64,000 bases of DNA from a phage. The DNA is taken from assembly GCA_033664045.1 (NCBI GenBank), contig GCA_033664045.1_3674.1; one strand, given 5' to 3'. The notes under the pieces were generated by a model that worked only from the letters and a program-made list of their open reading frames with translations, did not search any database and had not been told where the DNA came from. The translations under genes were made by a program, and so were the position numbers. Shown one piece after another: positions 36,388 to 45,159 of this stretch; position 1 is the first letter of the stretch; every line of letters starts with the position of its first letter.

Positions 36388-37056
36388 ATGGCTGTAGCTT
36401 ATCCTACAATACCAATTCCAGATCTTGAAGATGCAGAAACAGTCCTGAGTGATGACTTCTTGGTTGTCAACCAGACTGATGGGACAAGAAAGGCTAAGAT
36501 TGACGATGTTGTCAACGATCTTAGCATTACTAAGATAGTCTATTTCACAGAGGGTGGTTATCTTAAGAGCAAGAAGGACTTTGCTTATGACCCAGAAACT
36601 AAGCGCTACTACACGTGGAACGGGGATTATCCTAAAATAATCCTCCCAGACTCCACTGTAGAGGGTGCTGGAGGTGTGTCTGCAAATGCCTGGTCTGTTT
36701 TTGGTGAGCTTGCTGCAACTTCTTCTGGTAGAATAGTTGATTACGGATCTATCGGTGGTCAGCTTGATATGGATCTTGAAGTTGCGGATACCTTTAAGGT
36801 TCGACTAACTTCAAATACCACAATCTCTTTTGAAAATCAAACAGAAGGTCTTGAAGGGGTGGCGAGAACTATAACCGTATGCATTACTCAGACCTCTGGC
36901 GGCAACAAAGTCTATTGGCCTGGTAATGTTAAATGGTCCTACGGAAGAGATCCTATCCTAACATTTACAGCTGGTGCAACAGACATTTTCAAGTTGGAAA
37001 CCTACGACAACGGGTTAACTTGGTACGGAGCACTGATTATCGCAGGAGCTATCTAA
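36388..37056 (+). CDS. tail fibre/spike anchor-domain protein
   Basis: About 100 N-terminal residues align with the N-terminus of the 39691 fibre (DD.LVV.Q.D.TR.KI.DVV ... EGG.L...DFAY ... W.G..P). Confidence 0.5.
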   Translation: MAVAYPTIPIPDLEDAETVLSDDFLVVNQTDGTRKAKIDDVVNDLSITKIVYFTEGGYLKSKKDFAYDPETKRYYTWNGDYPKIILPDSTVEGAGGVSANAWSVFGELAATSSGRIVDYGSIGGQLDMDLEVADTFKVRLTSNTTISFENQTEGLEGVARTITVCITQTSGGNKVYWPGNVKWSYGRDPILTFTAGATDIFKLETYDNGLTWYGALIIAGAI

Positions 37057-37057
37057 G

Positions 37058-39655
37058 ATGCGTATTCAACACAACATTGATAACGTATTTCAGATGATTG
37101 AGGGGCACAGGAAGTGCCTCGATAACAACACAGGTATTACCAATACCCCTACACAAAATAAGCTAGTAAACCCTGATGGTCTTATAGCTGCAGGGTGGGC
37201 AGGTAATAAGATAAATAATGATTGGGCAATGCATGAGTCCCAAGCTGTGTTGATTCTGGGATACATTGAAGCATACAGGGCATCGAAAAGCGATTTCTAT
37301 CTGGATAGGGCAAAAGATGCTTGGGAAGCTTACAATAGTCATCTTCTGGGTGCATATGCAGTAGAAAGTAAAATGCAAAGATTGTCCCACTACCCACTAT
37401 CCACAGATGGGGTTCCATCACATGGTGGGTTTAAAGATGTAGTGGTGTCTTTTACCAACGGTAGAGGAAAAATCCCAGCTGGATCTCCGACATGGGGTGA
37501 ATACCTAGACAAGGCATTCCAAGCGTATAACGGTGTGCTAGGAAGAAACACTGTAGACTCTGATGTTTACGGCGGCACAGATGCTAACCCAAATTGGACA
37601 ACATCTGGATTAAGTTGGTGGGTTGAGTGGTATATAGCATGGGATGGTAACCGCTATTGGGCCAACGGTAGCATAGCAGACAGTGGTCATACGTCGGCAG
37701 AGTTCGGCACAATCCAACTGCAGGATAAGGGTGTTACAGGCAGCCATAAGGTAACCTACTGTGTGAGATTGCCACAAGAGCAGGGTGGTTCAGTGATACC
37801 TGCTGGATCCCCTGTAATTGTAAATCCTATAAATGTGGTTGCAGACAATCAAGCCCCAGAGTTGGGCGGGGAAGAAATGTGGTGTGACGCTTGTTATCAA
37901 CTCTACACCTTAACAGGTGAGGAAAAGTATTACACAGCGTTTAAGCAGTCTTACAACAAGCTGCTTAATTTCAGCGATATAAATGCCTACGACAAACTGT
38001 TTAGAAAGACCACGTTAATTAAGGCACCGTTCACAGATGGTACTTGTCTCGTCGCAGGAACAGTTCCTGTCATGAGCAGGGACAGTGACGGGTATATCAA
38101 TTTTAGAATGAACGCACGTCAGCCTTGCGAAATAATTCAAAAAGGGACTACATACAAGATAGGCAGAGATGCTGAAATTGTTATGAATTTCGGAGGAGAA
38201 GGGGTTCTGTTCCAGCCACACTTCATCCTTAATGATGGTAACAATAACAAAAAACAGTATAGGATAGGGGTCCCTTTTGGAGGGTCAGAGGTAACAGAGA
38301 CAGTTGCCAAGGTTACTGATTTCGTAGAGGTGGTTGGTAAAGACGGTAATCCGTATCTCTTGCCAAAAGAGGAAAACATTGCCGTAAGCGGTGGCGCTAG
38401 TGTTAGTATGCAGTATGATACCGACATTTATAACCACTCCGACAACTTCACCCGTTGCAACATAGCAAGAGGCAAGGTAACTTTCAATTTTGGAAGAGAG
38501 ATTTCTTTAAACTCAGTAACTTATCGCTCAGATGATGAGATGGTAAGGGCCAAATTCCTTGACAAAGACCGTTGGTTATGGTATGCTGATCTATATGCCA
38601 CTAACGGACAATGGGTAACAGAAACTCTTACCCTAGGTGATTTTAAACTAGACCCAACACAACCTCATCACACAGAAGATGAGATTAAACCTTTCTTTGC
38701 TAATCCTAAAGGAATTACCTCTGTAGATTTCAGTCTGAGCGACAGGCAGATAGGCAATGGCTTGTTCGATCTGTATTGCGTCAACACGCTGCCGCAATTT
38801 TATGTTGCAGATAGGGATGCTTATCTGATCTGGTTTAGTGTATGGATGGCAAGTAAGACAGAATCAACAGCCAAAGTTGGTGATTGCTATGTCAGAAACT
38901 ACAAGCAAGGTGCATACAGGTACACACCGGGTGTATTCCCTGCCGGAAAGGTGATAGATAAGGAAAACTATCTCTTAGAGGAAAAGCCAAATTGGCCCTA
39001 CCCTGGCATGCAATACCCAGCAGTCTACTGCATGGGTGCAGAAAACATAGATCGCCATAGGTTGTCAAATACAATAGGCTTTCTGTATGATGCTCAAGTC
39101 TGGTATAATAATACATTTAAGACAGAGGGTCCAGTTGCCTCACGTTATGTATGGCAGAGAGGTAATGAGGGGTTGACTGGTTGGTGGGAGATGGTAGATA
39201 ACTCTAAACTCCAATCAAGAGCCTTTGTTGCTGCGTGCCGCACACTGTACGAGCTTAAGAAACATAAAGAACCTGTTGACGAAAGACTGTTCCTGTTCTG
39301 CCAGAAATGGGCATGGTTCCTCAACAGATTCCAGTCATCTCATTCAGGAAATCTGCCTACAGACTTTAACACCTCTGGGGGATATTCTTATCAAGACAGA
39401 GGGGACAGGATGTGGGTGGTAGGTGAATGGCTTGCAGGTTGCTGCTGGCTAGGTCTGTGCGGGTATTCAGAGACAATACCTCAAATAGATATTGTTGTAG
39501 AAGCCTGCGTGAAGCTACTGCAAAAGCACCACTTCATCAATGGGGATAATGTTTTAAACGGCTGCTGGGCAGTTTCTGATCCGGTGGGCTATCACTCTGG
39601 CGAAATCCTTCGCGGTCTGGGCCTTTATGCTCAATACCGTGGATTGTACCTTTAA
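37058..39655 (+). CDS. large tail-associated protein, possible polysaccharide depolymerase
   Basis: 865 aa; segment WAMHESQAVLILGYIEAYRASKSDFYLDRAKDAWEAY is reminiscent of alpha/alpha-barrel glycoside hydrolases; enzymatic call is weak. Confidence 0.3.
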   Translation: MRIQHNIDNVFQMIEGHRKCLDNNTGITNTPTQNKLVNPDGLIAAGWAGNKINNDWAMHESQAVLILGYIEAYRASKSDFYLDRAKDAWEAYNSHLLGAYAVESKMQRLSHYPLSTDGVPSHGGFKDVVVSFTNGRGKIPAGSPTWGEYLDKAFQAYNGVLGRNTVDSDVYGGTDANPNWTTSGLSWWVEWYIAWDGNRYWANGSIADSGHTSAEFGTIQLQDKGVTGSHKVTYCVRLPQEQGGSVIPAGSPVIVNPINVVADNQAPELGGEEMWCDACYQLYTLTGEEKYYTAFKQSYNKLLNFSDINAYDKLFRKTTLIKAPFTDGTCLVAGTVPVMSRDSDGYINFRMNARQPCEIIQKGTTYKIGRDAEIVMNFGGEGVLFQPHFILNDGNNNKKQYRIGVPFGGSEVTETVAKVTDFVEVVGKDGNPYLLPKEENIAVSGGASVSMQYDTDIYNHSDNFTRCNIARGKVTFNFGREISLNSVTYRSDDEMVRAKFLDKDRWLWYADLYATNGQWVTETLTLGDFKLDPTQPHHTEDEIKPFFANPKGITSVDFSLSDRQIGNGLFDLYCVNTLPQFYVADRDAYLIWFSVWMASKTESTAKVGDCYVRNYKQGAYRYTPGVFPAGKVIDKENYLLEEKPNWPYPGMQYPAVYCMGAENIDRHRLSNTIGFLYDAQVWYNNTFKTEGPVASRYVWQRGNEGLTGWWEMVDNSKLQSRAFVAACRTLYELKKHKEPVDERLFLFCQKWAWFLNRFQSSHSGNLPTDFNTSGGYSYQDRGDRMWVVGEWLAGCCWLGLCGYSETIPQIDIVVEACVKLLQKHHFINGDNVLNGCWAVSDPVGYHSGEILRGLGLYAQYRGLYL

Positions 39656-39659
39656 CATA

Positions 39660-39679
39660 GGGGGCTGTTTGCCCCCTTT
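39660..39679 (+). terminator. terminator-like hairpin
   Basis: GGGGGC-tgttt-GCCCCC followed by TTTC (short U-tract). Confidence 0.45.
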
Positions 39680-39690
39680 CAGGAGAAAGA

Positions 39691-42600
39691 ATGGCTGATA
39701 TTAAAGTTGTCAGAATTGAATCTCTTCCTGCCACTACCGCAGTGACAGAGGATGATTACCTGGTTGTTCAACAACCAGACCTGACCCGTCGTGTAAAAAT
39801 TGGCGATGTTGTCCATGTGGATGGGACTGTTTCTCATGTAATCTCCTTTAAGGAAGGTGGTAAGTTAAACGGCCCAATGGATTTTGCCTACTTCGAAGAG
39901 GAAGACCTCTACCTGCGTTGGAAAGGCGAATTTCCACACACTGTTCCTGCACTGTCTTCACCATACTCCGATGGCGGGATTACTGACGCTGCATGGATGG
40001 TATATACAGATCCGTCCTTAAGGGAGGAGCTGGAATCTACCATTGGCGCATCTATGATCATGACAGCCGAAGGGCAGTCTGTCCAGGATGTGATGGATGT
40101 TACTGTTCAGACAGCTAACGATGCTAAAGCGCTTGCACAGCGTGTAGATTTTGGTACAGTGCACACTGTAGGTGATGTTATCCACCTCGATAACTTTGTT
40201 GGCCCTGCAGTTATTGAAGAGGGAAGAACCACCAACTATCCTTCTGTAGCAGCTGGTGAAAAATTTCTGAACGGTGTGGTATCTCGTCGTGATACTACAA
40301 CTGTTGATGGTATTTTCCGTGGCGCTACCTCCGGAGCAATGTATACCATCGCAGTAACCAACGGTGTAGCGACAACAAAAAGAATAGCACTTCGTGATGA
40401 ATTTAAACGCCTGGAGGCAAACAACCCAACAAGAACAGTTATCCGTGCTGGAGATGATTTAAACACGGCAGGGTACTTGCAGCTTGATGCAACAGGTCGT
40501 TGGGGTATGTGGAACCAACAAACAGCTTCTTGGCAACCTCTTGCTATAGAGCAAGGCGGTACAGGGGCCAGAGATGCCGCTGGAGTCCGTATCAATATCG
40601 GGGCTTTCTATAAGCAACGTGCAGCCCTTGAGCCAAATTTCAATATCAATAATTTGACTGGTAATCAGGATGGTGTATACTACCAGCCGATGACTGCTTA
40701 TGCAACTGAGGCAAATGGTTACCCTGCAGGTTCTGGTGCTGGTCACTTGATTGTTTGGCAGAACAATGCTAACGGCGGTACAGGTTGTCGTCAGGAATAC
40801 TATCCATTCTCTAACGTAGATGTTTGGTATTTGAGAACCTATCAGGCCAACACAAATCAGTGGACTGCATGGCAGCCGATGGTCAGACCTCGTAACGATG
40901 ATACCTTCAGATCTCATATTGGCCTTGGTAAAAACAACTCGCCAGCCTTCGGGCACCTTTACCTAGCTCAATACTCGGGAGATGTTAAATCGGCCTCAGG
41001 TATTCTCCATGGAGATAAATATAATACTGACGGTGTCCTTGAGCATGGATATAGGATCTATTCTGAGGTAAGAAACGACAATAAGGCTTGGTTGACAATC
41101 CACCTGCACAAAGGCGCAAAAGGATCTGAAACTCATAGATATTTAGGCTTCCGTGAGGATGGGGTCTTAGATTGTCCTAAATATATGCAGGTTGGTGATC
41201 TGAACGGTCAGCTGGCAAACTGGGGACTTGGAGAATGGATCCGCAGTTCAGGAGCAGAAAGAGGTTTCTGGGGATCTAAGAAAGCCGCCAAGATGGTTGT
41301 CTGGGATGGTGGGATGGACGAATCCGGTAACGGCACTCTGGAATGGGGTGTTTATAACAACCGGAAGGCCAAGTGGGAACCTTTACCTCAAGCCGCAGGT
41401 GGTACTGGGGCTACAACTTTAGCAGATGCTCAGAATCTGTTCAAAGTCCCTATAGCAGCAGGTGTGAAAGACTTCTTAACACTGCCAAGAACCGCAGGGA
41501 TGGAAGATGGGAAATACTACCCAATCATCGTTAGAACAGATCCGTATTACGCCCCTTCGACAGGTACAGATATTACCATAGTTACCAGATCGTCATCTGG
41601 AAATGACCCTATGAACTGTGCGACCTTACAGTGTCACTATAGAACTGGTGGTTGGACAGACAGAGGAGACTCTTTCTACGGGGTAGTAAATTTCTACCAG
41701 AATGAAAAAGCACTTCTTGGGATGGTTGCTCCAACAAGGGGTAAACAAGAATATGTTGCTTTCTATGTGGAGGCTCGTGCCTTCCCTGTCAGCATATACG
41801 CAAGTAGAAATGTTATCGAAGTGTTTACCAGAGAGCAAGATTACCAGGTTGGCTCTGTAACAGACAATCAGGATGGGGTTAAGTTCGTTGCACCTCTTCA
41901 GTCAGCAGATTTGAATCTTGCTGTTCTAGGAGATAACAACACCAATACCAGACCTATTGTTGACTTCAAAGGTACTTCAGGGTTCTACACTGGCGGCGGC
42001 ACACAGTGGCACTATATAGGCACTGCTGAACGCTATGCTGTGATGAGCAAAATGAATATGCCAAAAGTCGAGCTATGGGCAGACGGTCTTGACTATTTGT
42101 GCTACGGCAGTCCTAGAAAGGCGTTATTCTCTAATGCAGGATTCCAGTGTGCATCAGATGGGACAGAGGATCTGACTAACGGTACGTTTACCTCTAAATG
42201 CGGTAATGGTGCTGGTCTCAAAGGTCAGGCAGAGTTCAGATCTACTCCGGAAGCGGGTCAAGTTATTGTTCGCGATGTTGTAGGCACAGCTCATAGATTC
42301 TACAACTTCAACAAGGATGGTACTTTCTCAGCTCCTGGCGGTTTTGTATGTCATACTGGTGCAGACTGGAACAACCAGTTTGGGCCTAACAACCCTTCTA
42401 AAATAATGGCAGGCAATGTCAACGGACCTGAAGGATCGATGGTTGTTGGTGGGTTGTCTGTGGCGTTTTCTGGAAACTATGCCTTCCAAATGGCTGGTCG
42501 CCTTGATCAGTTATATACCAGATCTATCGAGGGTGGTAACCATAGGGCATGGAACAAGGTTATACAGCACAGAGGACAGGGTCTTGGGACAAACGACCTT

Positions 42601-43491
42601 AACGACTACAAAGGAGATAGGGAGGGTTTTTATCATCAGGAGGCCAATGCTCAAGCCGCACTTGATAAAAACTACCCATGCTCCCAGGCAGGTACTCTCG
42701 TTGTCTACAGAAACTATGCCAACGTTCCAGAGAGTTGCGTACAGGAATATACAACATATCTTGGAGAAAAATTCCTGCGTTATGGAACAACGATAGGTGG
42801 TGTTTTCACATGGGGCCATTGGCAGCAGCTTGGTGGTAAGGGTATCACTCTAAAAACTCAAGGATCCAATCTTGAACCGGAGTTCACAATACACACGGGT
42901 GGTGGGACGGATGTTACCAACACTTCCAACATGCCTTCTAATACAGGCAGGTTGTACTATTGGGGCAATGGCGCAGATAGGAAGAATGTGCTGGAGTTTC
43001 AGATAAGTGATAACTCAACAGTCGCCAGTTGGGTATTCCACTGTGGCGCTAAGACAGATGAGGCTAAATCAAGATATTTTGCTGTCAACGGTACGGTAGA
43101 ATGTACTACTGTTAGCCAAAGTTCCGATAGGGACCTGAAGGATAACATAGAGGTCATACCTAACGCTCTGGAAGCAATTAGAAAAATGAAAGGCTATACC
43201 TACACCTTGAAAGAGAATGGTATGCCTTATGCAGGCGTGATTGCTCAAGAGGTTATGGAAGCATTGCCAGAGGCAGTAGGATCTTTCGTGAAAAGGAAGG
43301 AAATAGAAGGTCCTACTCAAGACGGTATTCCTCTGATGACCGAGGAAAGGTTCTATAACGTTGACTACGCAGCTGTAACAGGCTTGCTTGTCCAGGTTTG
43401 CAGGGAACAGGACGATAAAATAACCGCCCTTGAGGAGCAGGTTAAAAAATTGACAGAGGTTGTTACTGGATTGCAAGAGAAACTGAAGTAA
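39691..43491 (+). CDS. tail fibre/spike with C-terminal intramolecular chaperone (peptidase S74-like) domain
   Basis: C-terminus SDRDLKDNIEVIPNALEAIRKMKGYTYTLKENGMPYAGVIAQEVMEALPEAV matches the endosialidase-type autoproteolytic chaperone signature; N-terminal anchor shared with 36388 protein. Confidence 0.75.
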   Translation: MADIKVVRIESLPATTAVTEDDYLVVQQPDLTRRVKIGDVVHVDGTVSHVISFKEGGKLNGPMDFAYFEEEDLYLRWKGEFPHTVPALSSPYSDGGITDAAWMVYTDPSLREELESTIGASMIMTAEGQSVQDVMDVTVQTANDAKALAQRVDFGTVHTVGDVIHLDNFVGPAVIEEGRTTNYPSVAAGEKFLNGVVSRRDTTTVDGIFRGATSGAMYTIAVTNGVATTKRIALRDEFKRLEANNPTRTVIRAGDDLNTAGYLQLDATGRWGMWNQQTASWQPLAIEQGGTGARDAAGVRINIGAFYKQRAALEPNFNINNLTGNQDGVYYQPMTAYATEANGYPAGSGAGHLIVWQNNANGGTGCRQEYYPFSNVDVWYLRTYQANTNQWTAWQPMVRPRNDDTFRSHIGLGKNNSPAFGHLYLAQYSGDVKSASGILHGDKYNTDGVLEHGYRIYSEVRNDNKAWLTIHLHKGAKGSETHRYLGFREDGVLDCPKYMQVGDLNGQLANWGLGEWIRSSGAERGFWGSKKAAKMVVWDGGMDESGNGTLEWGVYNNRKAKWEPLPQAAGGTGATTLADAQNLFKVPIAAGVKDFLTLPRTAGMEDGKYYPIIVRTDPYYAPSTGTDITIVTRSSSGNDPMNCATLQCHYRTGGWTDRGDSFYGVVNFYQNEKALLGMVAPTRGKQEYVAFYVEARAFPVSIYASRNVIEVFTREQDYQVGSVTDNQDGVKFVAPLQSADLNLAVLGDNNTNTRPIVDFKGTSGFYTGGGTQWHYIGTAERYAVMSKMNMPKVELWADGLDYLCYGSPRKALFSNAGFQCASDGTEDLTNGTFTSKCGNGAGLKGQAEFRSTPEAGQVIVRDVVGTAHRFYNFNKDGTFSAPGGFVCHTGADWNNQFGPNNPSKIMAGNVNGPEGSMVVGGLSVAFSGNYAFQMAGRLDQLYTRSIEGGNHRAWNKVIQHRGQGLGTNDLNDYKGDREGFYHQEANAQAALDKNYPCSQAGTLVVYRNYANVPESCVQEYTTYLGEKFLRYGTTIGGVFTWGHWQQLGGKGITLKTQGSNLEPEFTIHTGGGTDVTNTSNMPSNTGRLYYWGNGADRKNVLEFQISDNSTVASWVFHCGAKTDEAKSRYFAVNGTVECTTVSQSSDRDLKDNIEVIPNALEAIRKMKGYTYTLKENGMPYAGVIAQEVMEALPEAVGSFVKRKEIEGPTQDGIPLMTEERFYNVDYAAVTGLLVQVCREQDDKITALEEQVKKLTEVVTGLQEKLK

Positions 43492-43496
43492 CTGTT

Positions 43497-43525
43497 TTGC
43501 CCTCGCTTCGGCGGGGGCTTTTTGT
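43497..43525 (+). terminator. rho-independent terminator
   Basis: GCCCTCGC-ttcg-GCGGGGGC followed by TTTTTGTTT. Confidence 0.7.
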
Positions 43526-43530
43526 TTGTA

Positions 43531-43559
43531 TTGCGTATTAACTCAAAATCTGGTAAAAT
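43531..43559 (+). promoter_or_regulatory. sigma70-like promoter with extended -10
   Basis: TTGCGT-17 nt-TAAAAT (TGGTAAAATAA). Confidence 0.5.
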
Positions 43560-43590
43560 AACTATCATGATTGTTTAACCAGGAGGCACA

Positions 43591-44181
43591 ATGTTTTTAT
43601 GGGAAAGGCCTAGATACCTTCCAGATATTAGATTGGAGCTGCTGGCAGATATTGTTACGTTTAAAAGTCCGTTTACAGGTAAAACGCAAAAAGTAACCTA
43701 TGCCACACCTAACTGGAAAGGCACTTTGACGGTTTCCAATATCAGCGAGTCACAGTTGCTAGAGCTTAAGAGCTTTGTTGATCAGGTGTATAGAGATGGA
43801 AACATCTTTCTTATTAAAACTTACGGTCACTCAGTTACAGCTAATGAGCCAATCGCCCTTGGGCCTACTGGTAACGACGATTTTTTGAAGACGGTTGGGT
43901 GGGAGCCAAACAGAGACATAGCCAGAGCTGGGGATAAAATATCTGTCAATGATGAATTGAAAGTGGTAACAGCTCCAGTGCGTAGCGATGGTGTTGGGTC
44001 TGCTGTTATAAGCATATCTCCAAGACTTAGAAAACCTATTGCCGCAGGGGACACTATGAAGATAATAACTCAATCCCCGAAGGGTAGGTTTCATATCAGA
44101 GATATTTATAAAATTAAGCAAAAAGTTGATGCTATGCAAAAAGGTGATAATATAGTTATCAACTTCTTTGAGGATTTCTAA
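43591..44181 (+). CDS. minor tail/distal tail protein, hypothetical
   Basis: 196-aa ORF after promoter, precedes large fibre-like protein. Confidence 0.4.
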   Translation: MFLWERPRYLPDIRLELLADIVTFKSPFTGKTQKVTYATPNWKGTLTVSNISESQLLELKSFVDQVYRDGNIFLIKTYGHSVTANEPIALGPTGNDDFLKTVGWEPNRDIARAGDKISVNDELKVVTAPVRSDGVGSAVISISPRLRKPIAAGDTMKIITQSPKGRFHIRDIYKIKQKVDAMQKGDNIVINFFEDF

Positions 44182-44182
44182 G

Positions 44183-44734
44183 ATGATCAGAGCGCCATTA
44201 GATAATTTATTTCTTGAAAAGCTGGAGCTTGATGGTGTTGAGATCTTAATTGCTGCAAAGCTGGAGCTACCGACAGGAACTGTCAGGGTGTGCTCAGGCA
44301 CTGGTGTTGTAGTAATTGAGGGGCAACATTTTATAGGGATAGGTGGATCAGCAACATTAACTGCTGTGTCTGAGAAAGATGCCACCAACTTCGGATCTGT
44401 GGTAGCGACATTGAACGGGTTTGATCCTAAGTATGTGGGTGATCTACTGAAGACGGAGTATTCTGGGTGTCGTGCCACGTTGTACATTACCGCTATGGAG
44501 AATGGTCTACCTGTTACAACCAATGGCTTGTTTGACGGCCTTATAACAGATATGGCTATTCAGACGGGTGAGAATAGTGCTTTGTCCATATCCATCTCTT
44601 CCATCTTCAACAGTTGGTTAAGAGGTTTTCCTTATCGGTACACAGAGGAAAGCCATAGCTCAAGAAACGATAATGACAGATTTTTTAAATATGTGGATCA
44701 GGTGGCGAGTCGCCCGATCATTTGGGAGGTTTAA
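44183..44734 (+). CDS. minor tail protein, hypothetical
   Basis: Start set at ATG 44183 (listed ORF 44168). Confidence 0.4.
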   Translation: MIRAPLDNLFLEKLELDGVEILIAAKLELPTGTVRVCSGTGVVVIEGQHFIGIGGSATLTAVSEKDATNFGSVVATLNGFDPKYVGDLLKTEYSGCRATLYITAMENGLPVTTNGLFDGLITDMAIQTGENSALSISISSIFNSWLRGFPYRYTEESHSSRNDNDRFFKYVDQVASRPIIWEV

Positions 44735-45159
44735 TGAGCACACACCCTCGTTTAGTGGATTGGCAAGAAAGATTGTGGAAAGTATTTGACGAAGAGGCCA
44801 CCATACCTTTTGAATGGGGATTCCACGATTGTTGCACCTTTGCAGCTAAGTGTGTTGATGCCCAATACGGAACAGATTTTCTTTCTAACTTCGAAGGAAC
44901 GTATAAAACAGAGTTGGAAAGCAAAAGATGGTGCATGCTTCGTTTCAAAACTACACACCTGCCTACTATTTTTGATCTCTTTTTGACTCGACTGGATACT
45001 CCTAAACAGGTTCAGCGTGGCGATATTGTTATTTTCGAAGGTCTGAACGGCCTCACCGCTGGTGTGTTCTGGAACAACCAGATTTGGGCGAAAGGTAATA
45101 AAGGGATCTTTACGTTCGATATGAAAGATTCTATCGTTGTTGATGTCTGGAGGTATTAA
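44734..45159 (+). CDS. NlpC/P60-like (tail assembly K-like) protein, putative
   Basis: FEWGFHDCCTFAAKCVD cysteine motif; start at ATG 44734 after GGAGG. Confidence 0.35.
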   Translation: MSTHPRLVDWQERLWKVFDEEATIPFEWGFHDCCTFAAKCVDAQYGTDFLSNFEGTYKTELESKRWCMLRFKTTHLPTIFDLFLTRLDTPKQVQRGDIVIFEGLNGLTAGVFWNNQIWAKGNKGIFTFDMKDSIVVDVWRY

